A stretch of 64,000 nucleotides of DNA from Lingula anatina (Eukaryota > Animalia > Brachiopoda), in assembly GCA_051362555.1 (NCBI GenBank), contig CM120640.1:21452001-21516000 (forward strand), written 5' to 3'. Positions within the stretch are counted from its first letter, which is position 1, and the number at the start of each line of letters is the position of its first letter. Made by a program: the position numbers and the translations under genes. Shown piece by piece: positions 24,969 through 38,899 of this stretch. The notes under the pieces were generated by a model that worked only from the letters and a program-made list of their open reading frames with translations, was not told the origin of the DNA and ran no database searches.

Positions 24969-25533
24969 GCAATACCATTTGTTCTCGTTTGTATTTGTTT
25001 TTCCTTTTTATTTATAGTGAAGCATCGAGTATGTTTTAATTGAGTAACATAACGGCGATATTACGTGTACACAGGAAGAAGTATAAAGCAATACATTAAA
25101 GCGATTTATATGAGAAGTCAAAACAAATTAAGATGAATTAACTAGAGAACTGAGGGATGAAGCCACTATTAAACTAGAAGTAATTCGATCCTACAGCACC
25201 CCTAAATTTGATAACGTCTGTTAGAGCTGAATGAATTACAATTTTCCAAGTTTAGCTATTGTGATTTCAAATGACAAACTACTATAAAATTGGACTTGTA
25301 AATTAAGTTTCTTAACTTTGTGTAGGTCTTAAAATCACCATTATGACATGAGAAACAAGGACTTATTATAGAACCTCATTCAGAACATTTTTAAGATGTC
25401 ATGTTGTATCCTGCAGTGAAAATGTTCTTGAGAAAAAAATTGTTCTTATAGGCATACGATTGAGATCATCATCAGACTATCAGATCATTATGAGGAAACA
25501 AGTGTAGTTTAGTTCTTTTAAACACTGCTTTTC

Positions 25534-28505
25534 TTAATTGGCTGCAATTGATGCTATTACGGCATTAATGCCCAACAAGACAAATGTGAGCATCCAATCG
25601 CATACAGTGGTCGCTGCGGACACAGCACCAATCACGCACTTCTCGAAATCATCATAATCAATTTTTGTGATGGAACAGATGTGCACTTTCTTGCACAATC
25701 CACCACAAGTTTCCCCGGGTTGTATACTAGCTGTATTGTACTGGTAATATTTTCTGAACTCCTCGCTATTTTGCCGTTTAAATTTCAACACCAGTTGATT
25801 CAAGCTTTGCGGAGAGAGGTCCCTGATGCCGTACATCTCACTGGCTTTGTATTCCAGTTGCCAGTTTGCAGTGTTTGTCATGTTTGTTTGGGTTAGGTTC
25901 AGGTAATGCTGCCAGATGTCTGTAGGCAGGGAGGTGTCACGGTTGTACTTGAACAGCCTAATCCCCGGATTGTTAGCCGCAGATCCAATCATGTTGGGTA
26001 ATGTTGTTTGCCAGGGCGTGACAGCTGGTGCAATAAACATCGCTGCGACCGGATTATCTATGGATAAAATATTTTACGTTACTTATTTTTTAATATGCAT
26101 TTGACACCCTAAACTGTGTGTGCTTTTTATCAATGCATGCAACTATGCGCTTTTAAGCAATTAAAATTGTACTATAAAGTAACAGCGAGACCGTACATTT
26201 TGAAACGAAAGAAACTGATAAATCAATCTAACTTGGTCATGGTTAGAAAAAATACTATACCTTGCTGATTATAAAACAAGCGAAAGTTGTCCGTATGCTC
26301 ATGAGCAAAGTACATCCCTGCTATGAAACTCGAAAACTTGACGATGAGATCTTGAAACTTTTTGTTAAATTGCGGATAAAACCAGTATTTTGTTCTGTGT
26401 CTCTCGAAGTGACCAGGTGGTACATGCGCTACAATGTGAACCTATAAAATGAAAAAAAAATTGTTTAGAATCACCTGTATATGACACTGAGATCCACATA
26501 TCTTTAACCTTAGTTTTTTATTCGCCTAGCAGTAACGGGTTTTAAAGTAACGTGTACGTGTTAAAATTATTTAATTAATTCATAAGATTGCATTTAATAA
26601 ATGTTAAAAAATATAACATTTGTATAAATGTTTTTTCATAATTATCTTGGAAATTGAACCCATAGTTAAACTAAACCGACCTTTTCTTTGGCAAGAGTTG
26701 CGTTCGTCAAAACTTCATCTAGCCAGGCTAATTGTCCGGCTGGGTCACTGTCATTAGCTGTCAACTTGTCATTGGTGTAATAATACACAGTATTGAGAAC
26801 AACAACGCGGCTGCCGTTCCGAGCCATGGGCAGGGTATAAAACCCACCTGAAATGAAACGACAAAGAGATTAATATCAGCGAGGTGCGATAATTAGACAT
26901 ATATTCCTACCTGACAGAGGTAAAAGACAGTTCAGATGTCACTCTGTCTATTTTAGTATTCAATGTTAACATCGACGTTTAAATTGTTTGCCCATCACCA
27001 ACTACTCCAGCCCGGCTCACCATTTCTGAAAGTCTGCTCGGCCACGTCGTTTCTAAACCACGCCTTCCAGCTGTCAGCCACGGCATTGTAGATAGGGTTA
27101 GAATGCGGCGGCATCAGGTGCTTGGGGTGGTAGTCATGGTTACCCAGGGCGGCATAGACAGGGGTGTTGGGAAATACCTCCATTAACAGGTGCGTCAGGT
27201 TCAGGATCATGCTCAGGACTTTACTTTCATCAAGGTTATCGTTAGAGGTATGAGGTGTGTCGTCTCTAAAAGTACCAGATAAGACTTATTAAATTGATAA
27301 TTCTTTTTTATTCATCTTTATACATTGATCTATGTGTTACTACCAGTATTTCGAAACGCTATAAGAGTAATTTTTATGTGTGATATTTGTAAGTACAAAT
27401 AAGTAAATGCTTATTGTGTAGATCAGATCGACGTGGAAACGCCTTCAATGAGAAAATCATAGTAACATATTATGGACTCAACACATTATTACTTCTCGTT
27501 TCTCTACGTTTTATTTGCAGGTAGTAGAAAATAAGAATGGGTACATGTAAAGCCTAATGCAGGTGACCCATTTTACACAGTGGTATGATGGGCGTGTATT
27601 TACTCACTGTCAACCTGTTTGACTCACCCAGTCCAGATAATAAAGTCCGGGTTATCTTCTATGTCCCTCATGGCGTACATGGAACTGTTAATGAGAGCAT
27701 ACGGGGAGTCGCACAGATAGTCGCCATACTGACCAAGCGGACGCTGTTTAGCCTCTGTGTGGCACGAGTTGCGACTGGACGTGTAACTTGGATCATAGTG
27801 AAAGTCGGTTACGTGCCAGAAACTTCCTGTAAGAGAGATCCCCATTGAAATGTTAGAAATTTAGCATTAGGCCTACCGGGGACTTAAAGGGATAATAACT
27901 CTTCGTGTGAGATCTATATTTCACAATAAAAACCTTGTGAATAACTCATAGAAATATAATATATTCTGTTTTACCACTTAAACAGCAGTTATAGCTTTTA
28001 TTCTGATATTTGAACTTGTCTTTAGACCACGTGACCTCCATTGATGGCTATACTCTGTGAAAATCTCTTAAGAGATTTTAACAAAAAACCAAACTTTTTA
28101 GAAAAAAACCAGGGACTAACTTTGAATGTAAAAATGGATTCATTAACCATTGGTAAGTATGGGAAAATTGTTGTTTACTCCAGGAAAATTCATTTTTTGG
28201 TCAAAACGAAGAGTTATTATTGCTTTAACCTTTTTTTTTTCCAGAAGGCCTGATTGTTCTACAAATACATCTTCCATCTGTCTTATACCGTCCACTTTAG
28301 AGTAAGGCTATAATGTCCAAATGCAGATCTAATCAAATTTTGAAATCCACCATGAACTCTTTATTATAGCTCATCATGTAAGGTTAGCCTTAGACTAGAT
28401 TTACCTGCGTATTGGGTATACACACCAACTTGCCTTACCTGTGTTTTGGGAGCCTACACTGGGTACGCCAAGGAACAATATAATACAACTGAATAGTAAA
28501 TACAT
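25534..28505 (-). CDS. SMPDL3: Acid sphingomyelinase-like phosphodiesterase 3 (SMPDL3A/B-like), probable GPI anchor
   Basis: Exons (minus) 28505-28439, 27826-27628, 27265-27021, 26847-26681, 26441-26261, 26057-25534, GT-AG and in phase. Signal peptide plus metallophosphoesterase motifs FWHVTDFHYD, FIIWTGDDTPH, ALGNHDYHP, AHVPPG, FAHEHTDNFR and NNPGIRLFKY. The C-terminus is hydrophobic, as in SMPDL3B. Confidence 0.95.
27884..28228. mobile_element. MITE family A, copy 2 (SMPDL3 intron 1)
   Basis: TTAA-AGGGATAATAACTCTTCGT ... ACGAAGAGTTATTATTGCT-TTAA with an intact TTAA target duplication. Near-identical to 4486-4805 apart from an internal indel of about 25 bp. Confidence 0.9.
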
Positions 28506-29468
28506 AATGAAGAAAAATCACACTGTTCTTGAGACGGAACTTTGAGTCTTATGATATGGTCCTATTCCTGAATCATCGTACTTCCTAGATTTCACCAAAA
28601 TCCCCTATTGACATCTTGAGCAAACAGTAGCGCACCTAACACAATCAAGTCTCGAGGCAGTAGCACCTAGTGTTACCTGCATGGTCACACATATGAGCAT
28701 GCACTTCAACGTCATGAGCAATGTGTACTGTTGTATTTTAAATTTGAGGTATCCGACTTTTCTTTATTTTGATTGTGCGTCTAAATATAAAATATTCATT
28801 ATTTTTTTTATAAAAATAATACAAATAATGACTCCAACATACATGTACTCGGTTCGATGTTTTATTTCATTAAAACGACTTCAAAAATGCTACATCACAA
28901 TTAGTAAGAAAAGCACATAAGATTTTAAGCCTCTCCCCCCCCCCCTCCATCACGCTTATCTTAGCACCTCAGTCATCTAAGTGTTTTGCGTAACACCCAC
29001 ACAATCCTTTTACTATCGTCATATGGGTTTTTCCCATCGAGATAAATTAAATGTTATACATGTTTAAAAATCTGGTTAAAAATCTGAAAGAAAACATGCA
29101 TGTTAGAAAATACAGTTAGCTTATACAGCTACTAAATTAAATTAATTTTGATTTTTTGCTAGACTTCGGTCATTTACATGTATAAAGAAGTTCATACATA
29201 TCCTCAAGAAAATAGTGTGCAGTACAACCATGAGACAGTATGCAGTCCGTTTTATCCATAGGCTCACAGTATCAAGCTCATTTTAATTTCACCCTTATTT
29301 ACAATGGTGTTTCAACATTGGAAAGCAGCAACTGTAGATATTTTTATGACACTAAATGCAAGTAATAGGCTTATCATAGCAACAACGCTGCTTTAATTTT
29401 CACGCAAAAGCTTTTTAATGTAAACACATGGCTTCATGACACATGGAATACTCCAGGAGCGCCCTCTT

Positions 29469-32400
29469 TTAATTGCCTTTGGTAGCTTTGTCGTGTTCTT
29501 CCGCGCCAACAACAAGTTCACCGAAGTCAATTTCGCCGTCGCCATCCGCGTCAAGACCCTGAATAAGGTATTCCACTTGCAGAGCTGTCATAGGAATTCG
29601 TGCCATCTAAAATCCAGATTAATTAAATGTAATAAATCATTTTCCAAACCACCTTCACACTCACAAATGACAATCAAGATTAAGCTGAGCATGAGCTGTG
29701 TTAAACTCGGCATACTAATACGAAAATATAACATGAAAATCTAATCTGATCTTAGCTGTTGTTGTAAACAAATGATCACAATAAAAAAAAGCTTATAGTT
29801 ATTTCCATTTCAAGTTTACTTTATTTCATGAAAATTAGCCTTATGCCTACTTTGGAACTATGAACACTCACCTTCAACCCTTCCTTGAATTCATCATACG
29901 TAACGCTCATGCTCCCGTCTTGATCAAAACTGGCAAAAAGCTCCACTAAATTCATGTTGTGCTCTGCGATGTAGTTCTTCAGGAATGTCATGGCTTCTTC
30001 TACGACATCAAACGCCTTAAGCTTTCGTTTTCCATAAGAATGTGCGTAACCATGGTTACAAGTGAAGTTCTCGTGTTTTTCATGCACTTCTTCTATCTTT
30101 TCGTCTACTCTGCTTGTGTATATGTTTTCCTAAAAATATATCAGTCATTATTTAGCTGTGTAAGTTAGTCTATGGCTTATGTGAAAACGCTCTCTCTCTC
30201 TCTCTCTCTGCGTGTGTGCATGTGTATTTGTGCGCGTGAGCGCGAGCGTGTCATACATTGTAGTATTACCCCAGCGACTTACAATGAGTTCCAGCACCTC
30301 TAGTTTCAGAGAGTCGATCTCCTTCAGCACCTCTAGGCCAGCCAGCACTGCATCCTCCGTAATAGGATTTTGTCCAACCTGAAAATGATTAAACGAAGAA
30401 TTACTAAAATATTCTCAATTCTTGATCTTCTAAGAAAAAATTTACGCTCGCCCACCAATATATTATTGCAATTTAAAAACAACACTTTCGTGGTTTGAAA
30501 ATAAAAGCCCACTCTATTTAAACAATTTTCACTACAAAACACTTCCAATAATAAATGCTACCAACCCATGTTGTGACATGGGAAAGAAATGCGTTTGGTT
30601 TCTCCATGTCGCGTTAATATAAGAACACGCTTTAAATTTCAGAACAAAAGTAGAGGTGGACTCAATACTGTGCTGTATTCGTAATGCCACTTACTTTAAG
30701 AGTCTTGAGTGTGTCGTTGTCCCGGAGGGATTTGATGAGAATAAGAAACCCATGATCGTTAATTCTGTTGGAGCTGATATCTAGCTCAGTCATGGTGCGG
30801 CTGGCCTGAAGCGCCTGCCCCATGCTGATGGCCCCTTCCTCGGCGAGACCATTCCATGACATGTTAAGAATCTTCAGAGAATTGTTTTCCTGGAAAAATA
30901 TTTACATTTATATTTCTGTATTTTTATTTTTTATTCTATTTATTTATTTATGTTTTTTATCTATTATCATTTTTTTGCTATTAAACGTAATACGTGTACG
31001 TCTCAAAACGTCGTAAAACCAAAAAATTCAGTTTTACATGTGTTGAGACATCAAAACTGCTTCTTTAAATTATAGTTATTAACATTTATGTTTTACAGAA
31101 ACTGGCTTTTAAAATCATGAAATTATTTTACCTTGACTCCCCTACATATGGCCAGAGCACCGTCACCGCGTATTTGATTCCAGCTCAAGTCAAGCTCTTC
31201 CAGCATTCCGTTTTCTGAATAATAAACATAAGAATAGAAAAGAATAAACGAGTGTGCTATGTTTACTTTGTTAACACCCAATCGAAGTGTTAAAATCCGT
31301 CTTGAATAACTTCACAGTGACCGTCTGTTTGGCAGGATTACTTCATTATTAATGATCACAATGCACTTCTTGATCCCAGTTTTTGATATCAGAGGTACTA
31401 TTTTTGATAGTTGATTAAACGTGATTAGCTCGTTACGGTTATCGAAAATAGCCATAGGATAGTGATTTATACAATACATTCATAGCTCACCTATCATTTT
31501 CTGAAATAAGATACCGGATTGTATTCCAAAGTTATTGTGACTGAGGTTTAGGTAAATAAGAGATGAATGGTCCTGGAATAAGAAAAATAAAATGGAAATA
31601 GCCCGTAGGTATTTGAAAAGTTGGAAGTACATTTCCATTTGCAACAGTTTAATTTTAAGAGACTTCCATAAGCTGTTGTTGTGGAAAGTGAAAAAGAATG
31701 AAATTAATAAACTGAATCAAAACTAATAATTAATACAGGAAAAAAAAACGTACATATATGCAGCAAAAAAGATTAATAGAGGGGCACATTTATTAAGTTT
31801 GTCAATAAAAAAAAACAATTTTTATTTCAAGCAGTATTTAGGCACGTACCTCCACGGGTCCAACTAGCACCTTTGCGTCTTGGTCTGTTAAACCGTTTTC
31901 TGAAATTCAAAGATTAACATGTGAATAAAAGATTTAACTCCTTCATTAAAGGTAATTATACAAAGTAATCTGAGACAAAGTTTTCTCCGTCCAGGTACGC
32001 ATTAAGTACGCAGACACGCCTGTACGCATTTTGTATGTTAGAGCAAGTAAAATGCGTACGTTAATTCAACCTCGTACAGCTATTATTATGAGTACCACAC
32101 TCACTACAACAGAGAAACCCTTACCTTCGAGAGTCAATCTTTGAATTGTTTGGTTAACAACCAACATTTGTGCGATGATTTTAGTGGCGCGACCGCTTAC
32201 GTCATTTTCTGATAGGTCCTGGAAAGGTCATAAAGAAATTTCAGTAAATGTGCGTAAAACATACGATAAAGATAAGGATGAAATCTCTGAAAATGTCAAA
32301 AATGTTTCTGTTATATATGCTTGGAAAGTAAGAAACAATTAACACGTATAATTCGTAACTGTATATAGCTTTAACAAATGTTTAAGATGCGCAGATATAA

Positions 32401-35091
32401 ATTTTACATATTCATCATTGTATTTAATATCAATCACTGATGCTGATTATTGTTTAAATGTTTTCCTATTTACTCAGTACTGTTAGAGGTATATACTGTG
32501 ACTGCAAGTGTTTGAAAATGTCGTAATTTCATGAATAAATATCTTAAAAAATACTTATTTTTTCTAATGTAGACCTTGAAAACGATTAAATTCCCTCAAA
32601 TAAAAGTAACTAGTATATGTCGATATTTTCTTCTGAGAAGTAAAAAAAAACATGGCGGAATAAAATAATCAAAAAATTGAGTTATCCGATTGGAATCCAA
32701 TTGAAAAAAACATTGAATCTAATGGAATTTTTCTAGGGAGGAAAATTAGATTTGGCGCGAAAACACGGTATAAGATGACGGAAATGATCAACATTAACGT
32801 GGTACTTAAATTTCGTCATACTTACGAGATCGGTGATAATGGAGTTTTCTTCCATCATTCTACATATATTGTCCACTCCTTCAACACCAAGAGAATTTCC
32901 ACGGAGATTCAGTTTAGTTACTTTGGTATTAATCTGAAACCAATGAGTTAAATATATTTAGACAGAGCTTTAAAAAAAACAGTATTATTAAGATAGGGTT
33001 ATCAAGCATATTCAGTGATCTTTCTGTTCCCAATTACTAATAAACTTTTTTTTTTTTTTTTTTTTTTGATAAATTATAAAAGGTACACTTCTGAAAATTC
33101 GGCATAATACCAAAACGATTTACACTCTATCAAAGTACTCAGAGTCGTACCACTAGGGGGATTGCTAACGCCAGAGCACCCTTGGGTCCTATCCCATAAT
33201 ACTTCATGTCCACTTCCTTGGCGTGTTCCAGTTTTCTGTGAAATGTGTTGGCCTGGGGGATCTTAAATTTGATACATGCATTTTCATATGCTACTTGTCC
33301 GGTGGAATCATAGGTGCGCTTTCTCTCTTTAAAATAAAGAAAGAAATGAGGATTATACAGTATGTTATTGTCTTTGACCAGTGTTTTTGGTCAGGTTAGA
33401 CGCTAAAGACTAAGGCTTCGTTCACATGCAATGTCTATTTTCTATTTTCTATTTTCTATTTTCGGTATGTCTTATGATCACGGTCTGTGCACTGAATATC
33501 CCGCGGCGTAATTACTGGCAGCGCGAGCCAGTTACTATAAGTTACTATAAGTAACTGGCTCGCGCTGCCAGTAATTACGCGGCGGGATATTCAGTGCACA
33601 GACCGTGATCATAAGACATACCGAAAATAGAAAATAGAAAATAGACATTGCATGTGAACGAAGCCTAAGCCTACGTACATGTAGATAATAATTTCGTTTA
33701 TCTTTCTGAAATTGTGAACGAATTCGCTTCAATGAATGTTAAATTTACTTTTATTAACAACAAACATCAATACCATACCTGCTAAATCTAATTCTGTGTC
33801 CAAGTCACAATCTTCTAAATCATCTACGGTAGATTTCACCCTCTTCAAGCCGGACTCCTTCCGGCTCAAATACGTTCTACTCGAACCCTTCCGTCCTACA
33901 AAACTATCCGCTGGAGTCTTACTCGCCTGGCAGAAAAAAGAATAAAAAATTCCAATTACTTTCGTCACAGGCATGCTCGTTTCAAAGACTTATTTTGCTT
34001 TTTTTTGTATTTTTGCATGGTCGTTTTCAAGGCAATGTGAAGTCACGATGAATGCAAAAGGATCCAGCTACTGATCTAAGTAGGCCTACGAATATAAAAA
34101 TAACAGCTTTTTCAAGTAAACTTGAAGCGGGGTTACATTGCTGATACAACCTGTTTTTAACTTTACTGAAAAACACTAATAAAGAGAGAAGGGGAAAAAA
34201 CACTAATAAAAACCGTAGATGTTACTATGAAGATTGACCTTGTCAAGCGTAACAATACACCTATGGACGGACATTGATTCACAGCAGCCTCAAGAATCTA
34301 CAGCCGGTTTGATACTCATTTTTCCTGTAGCTTTTTTTGTTACGATCGCTTGAATATTCTGCGATGTGCACCGGCTTCCTGCAGTGAGCGATATACGAGA
34401 CAAAACTCTTTCATGTGAAAATAATTCCTGGGGAACGTTTGTATGTTATGGTTTCTGCAGGTTATAATTAAGCCGTCATGAATCGTCAGTGTCAAGCGCT
34501 GCTTAAAATCTGCTTTGAACAATATGAGGTTAATTTCATTTTAGTTATTCAGATTGTAATTTACACGTAGTAGACAACTCGGATTGTAAAACGTCTTGTA
34601 CTCAAAACGCCTACATGTTATGGACTTTATGATAAACATTATTTTATTTTTATCAGTGGTATCAGCTTTATATTACCCTCTTGTAGGTCACTTGGGACTA
34701 AGCCCATTCCATATTCATTATTCCTGGGCAACAGGGATTATTTTCATATACATGCCTTCAAAACACTTACCCTACGACCTGACTGAAGTAAAACAAGTCT
34801 TATGTTACTTGGAACAAAAGCATTTAGGTTTTTTCTTTCTAACGGAAATATTATACTAAGTTATTTTGTTTCATTGGCATAACTAATTTCAAAAGCATTT
34901 TCTAAATTTTCAAACCAATTTTTTCATTAGGCTAACAAAAAAATTCTTAGTGGCAACTACATAGCTTAATCATGCTAGCCTGAGGTCCAACTGGTCGTCA
35001 TAATCAGCGTAGCAACCTGTTATTTACGTGTTCAAACTGTCTATAAATGAAACAAAATGAATAAACTTACCCCACGCGCAGGTCCGTCCAT
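29469..35091 (-). CDS. LRRC74: LRRC74A/B-like leucine-rich repeat protein with a C-terminal EF-hand pair
   Basis: Exons (minus) 35091-35071 (tentative), 33926-33779, 33326-33151, 32933-32826, 32218-32125, 31899-31850, 31572-31491, 31214-31132, 30889-30695, 30378-30283, 30129-29872, 29606-29469, all in phase. YENACIKFKIP...VDMKYYGIGPKGALALAIPLV resembles the LRRC74 N-cap. RI-like LRRs (LEELDLSWNQIRGDGA, ELDISSNRI) follow, then EF loops DQDGSMSVTYDE and DADGDGEIDFGE. Confidence 0.85.
33414..33665. mobile_element. Near-perfect palindromic MITE (PIF/Harbinger-type, TAA target duplication)
   Basis: TAA-GGCTTCGTTCACATGCAATG ... CATTGCATGTGAACGAAGCC-TAA. The arms of about 120 bp are almost fully complementary. 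Confidence 0.92.
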
Positions 35092-37462
35092 TTCAAGATT
35101 TCTTCAACTTTGATCACCTACATTGAAGAATCATTTCGGTGTGTTTTATGCCCATGTGGATTGTCAAATATGATCATGAATGTTTGGCAATGGTTGTTTT
35201 CTGACCCCTCGTTCCCATATGAAATGTAACAACTTTTCGTTTCAGAAAGATATTGTTTTCCCTGTAAATCCATTCACAGGTATTTCTTTTCAGGATTAGT
35301 GGCGATGCAGACGACCTTTTTATGCATATCGCCAGGTGAAATCGCCTGTGACGTCATTCACTACAGTCCAGACCACCGACAAAATTCCTTTCACATATTC
35401 ATCAATGAAATTGATGAAAAATTACAAAAGAAATACTCTTCATATGAATAATTTTCTTTTAATCTTTACTAACTATTCTTTTGGGCAAAATTATGGGAAC
35501 ATTATAGCATTTTCTTAATATCATGACACTTCATATTAGTTCCCACCCAGGTTAGGGCAGGAGGAATTTGTATCACAACACAAATAGATTTCACGATTCC
35601 CTGCGCCTGTATTACCGTTTTGTTTATTTATAAATAGCGAATTAAAAGATTTGCTTCTGATTTCTGTTGTTTTCACAAATACCTGCGAGGAGACAGCTTC
35701 AGGTGAATAACAGATTACTTAATGATATATTATACTAAGTTTTCATTCTAACATGAAAGTTTTTCTTAAGGTTATAAAATTATTAAAAGGCAACCGTAAT
35801 GCAAAACAATAAGGTCAAACGGCGATATAAAGTAAGAACAATCTTCAATTTTTTCCTTTGAAAGTTTGCCATTTTCAAAAAGAGAAATAAAAAAGATTTT
35901 GTGTGTGGACGATGTGCATTATTACACACCCACAGAACATGATATGTCGTTATGATTTGTAGCCCAAAGGGCTAGGATGGCTCAAATTTACGGAGGTGTT
36001 AAAATAAATGTGCACCTTTATAATCCTTCTGGAGTAATTTAATCCTCATTACAGGGTTCCCCAATTTATGCACATTTCTCTCCCAGAAAGCAAATGTGTA
36101 TGTAGAGTTAAGGATTTGCAATAGGTAATGATTACGGAAATATTATTCAGTCTTTATAAGAGATTTGCGCACGTTTTGTAAGCGCGCGTTTGGCTTACTG
36201 AAAGTTTTGGTCGTTTGGTTCGTTGGTTTGAATTATCAGTAAAATCATATATCCACAATATCTTTTTCTACTTCTGTTAATAACAAAAAAGGTACGTGTC
36301 TAACAGTCAGGCTATATTTTGAAACCCGCAATCAACCTTTGACAACCTAACGGATCAGTGACGAGTTTCACGAATACATCACCAGCCAAAAAATCACCTT
36401 AAATTAAGAACATTGCTCTTCAAATTCACTTGATGTATTGAGATTCAGCTAACATATTCACTTAACGAGACGTCGTAAACCAGCTAGAGTTTCGTGAAGT
36501 TGGTCTGGAATGTGTCGTTGATGCATTGCTATAGCAATGAAAGACAGACATCTTCATGGAAAGCTCCTGCATTCAAAAATCTTCTCTGTCACAATAGTTG
36601 ATAGAATATAACACAACTGGAAAGCATTTGGCTGCATCAGAATTTTATTATGCTCTAAAAATGCATGCACAATACAAGGATTAAACACCTTAAACAAGTT
36701 TCAAAACAATACAAAAAGAAAGTACATTAGTTGTTGCATCTGCTATTAAGAAAATAGTAAAATTGCTGTCTTCTTTTATCATCTTTATCACTTCTTTTGT
36801 CTTTAAGATTGAGCTGTATTAGAGCAATTCTTGCATAGTTTATCATGTTTATGAACTGGTTTCATCAGCCATAACCAGCCGACTTTCCAAAGATAAAAAT
36901 CCAGCAAAATAACGTTATTTGATGCTGGACTCGTCTACATGTGGATAATTTAGCCATCAAACAAAGCCAAATTAACTTTAAATGTACAATTAACTATGAA
37001 CCTGTAGAAACGTTTTGTCAGCTTATTAGATTATATGATGGACACAATTATATGGCTGTTTATTTTACACTATTCCTACAGTCTCTAGTATGGTTTATAA
37101 CCAAACATTTAAGGGCACTTATATCATAACTGTTTTTTCGGTCTACAAAATCTACTCTAAAGCTAGTGAAGGATGTTTGCACCGGCTACTTACAAGATAA
37201 TGGTGTTTGGAATGGATGAATGTTTAACATTACAATGAGACCCCGTTTGTTGGAAATAGAGAATGTTTATCCTAGTATATGGTAAATTAAATTATATACA
37301 TATCTTTCAATAATGAGTAAAAGAGAAATAATCATTTACAATAAATAAAGTGGAAATGGACAGTTAGACAGGAATAGTTCTTACCCTGGGAATAAAATCA
37401 AACACGCTCAAAAAGTAATGAAAACACAAGCACAACGTGTGCATTTGATCCTCATGTGTAAG

Positions 37463-37513
<51 letters not shown>
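37463..37513. repeat. C51 homopolymer (G51 on the grainyhead sense strand)
   Basis: Seen directly, about 410 nt downstream of the grainyhead stop codon. Confidence 0.9.
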
Positions 37514-37924
37514 TTCAAAAAAAGCACATATATACAAAATATATTCCGTTCGCTGAACGACATTGAAATTTTTCTACAGCACATGAACATGGCCCCAGCC
37601 GAACTAAACGCCGTCCGGAATTATGGTAAAATGCACAATATAATTTAACTCATCAATCTTAAAATTCTGATTCACAATGGCACTTAATGGTAAAGACGGA
37701 TTCGATTTCGATTTCTATGGCTTATATGTCACTTCAGCTAATATGTACGCTTTATTACTCTGTGGTGGGGCTGAAATTAAATCCGTAGTCTGCAATATGG
37801 TACAAGGATTCGTTTTTCTGGGACCCCAAAGTTGTAGGCACAAGAAAATTTTGTTAACTTACAGTCAGCCCAAGATTTTTTTTTTACACAAGTACACTTT
37901 TAATAATATATTCTGTAAACTAAT

Positions 37925-38822
37925 TCAGTCCTCTAACTCTCTGAGAATGACGTCATAGCAGGGTTCGGGATCGTCTGCGGTTTTCATGATCTTGATGATA
38001 AATGTCGCCTGATGAGAATAATGGCGGACGATATTGTCATCCATCTTGACAAGGATCCTAAAGGCCGGAAATGAAAAATATATATCAGTTCAACTAAGAA
38101 GACGAACAAATTAAAGAGCACACAAAAAGATATTGTTCCTAAAAAGATATTTTAGTTTAACGTTGTTAATAAGCTAAATTTTTACGCCCAAGAACTTAAA
38201 TTCTTACCCTTTCTTGCATTTCTTGAACACATTTCTAATATTTTGCACCGGTATGTTATATTTTTCTTCGATCTGCAAGTAAAATAATAATCTCAGCACA
38301 TAGTGTATACAAAAATTAGGTTGTCACTTACCGTTTACAAAAGACGACCCCATATGCCGTGTCTGCAAGATGACGGATACGATTGCCTACGGCAACTGAC
38401 AGCGTTTGAGACGCAAAAGGGGGTCGTTTAAGTGCTTAACACTCCATGAAGAATGCCTTGACCCCAAAAGGCGTACAAAGCACGGCCAAATAACACTAAT
38501 TTCACAATACAACTTCATGATTAAGTTGAAATGCCAAGTCTAAAAGATTTTACAACAACAGTAATTGACAGGCAAGTCTTTATTATCTCGGCCAGTGGTG
38601 ATTTATGGTTCTTCAAAAGTGAAAATGGACTGGAATGACTTTAAAAGACATGTATCATAATACTTACGGCTTCTGTGAGGCTTTTTAAAGTGGGCCTTAA
38701 CACTAGTAACGCCGTATAAACGTCTTCATATTCCTCACGCACGTACAGGAGAACTAAAATGATGAAATCATGAAAAATACGTGAGATGAAACACGACACA
38801 TGAGTATGTCGTTACGTGTAAA

Positions 38823-38899
<77 letters not shown>

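Noticed and set aside
34260-34560. Possible extra LRRC74 exon
   Set aside because: All three minus-strand frames hit stops between the candidate acceptor and donor.
37408-37648. Poly-Pro and poly-Gly ORFs
   Set aside because: They are by-products of the C51 homopolymer, with no splice or homology support.
38345-38430. Short inverted repeat ACGACCCC...GGGGTCGT as a possible ncRNA or miRNA hairpin
   Set aside because: The stem is too short and the interior pairs poorly. It is at most a small MITE remnant.
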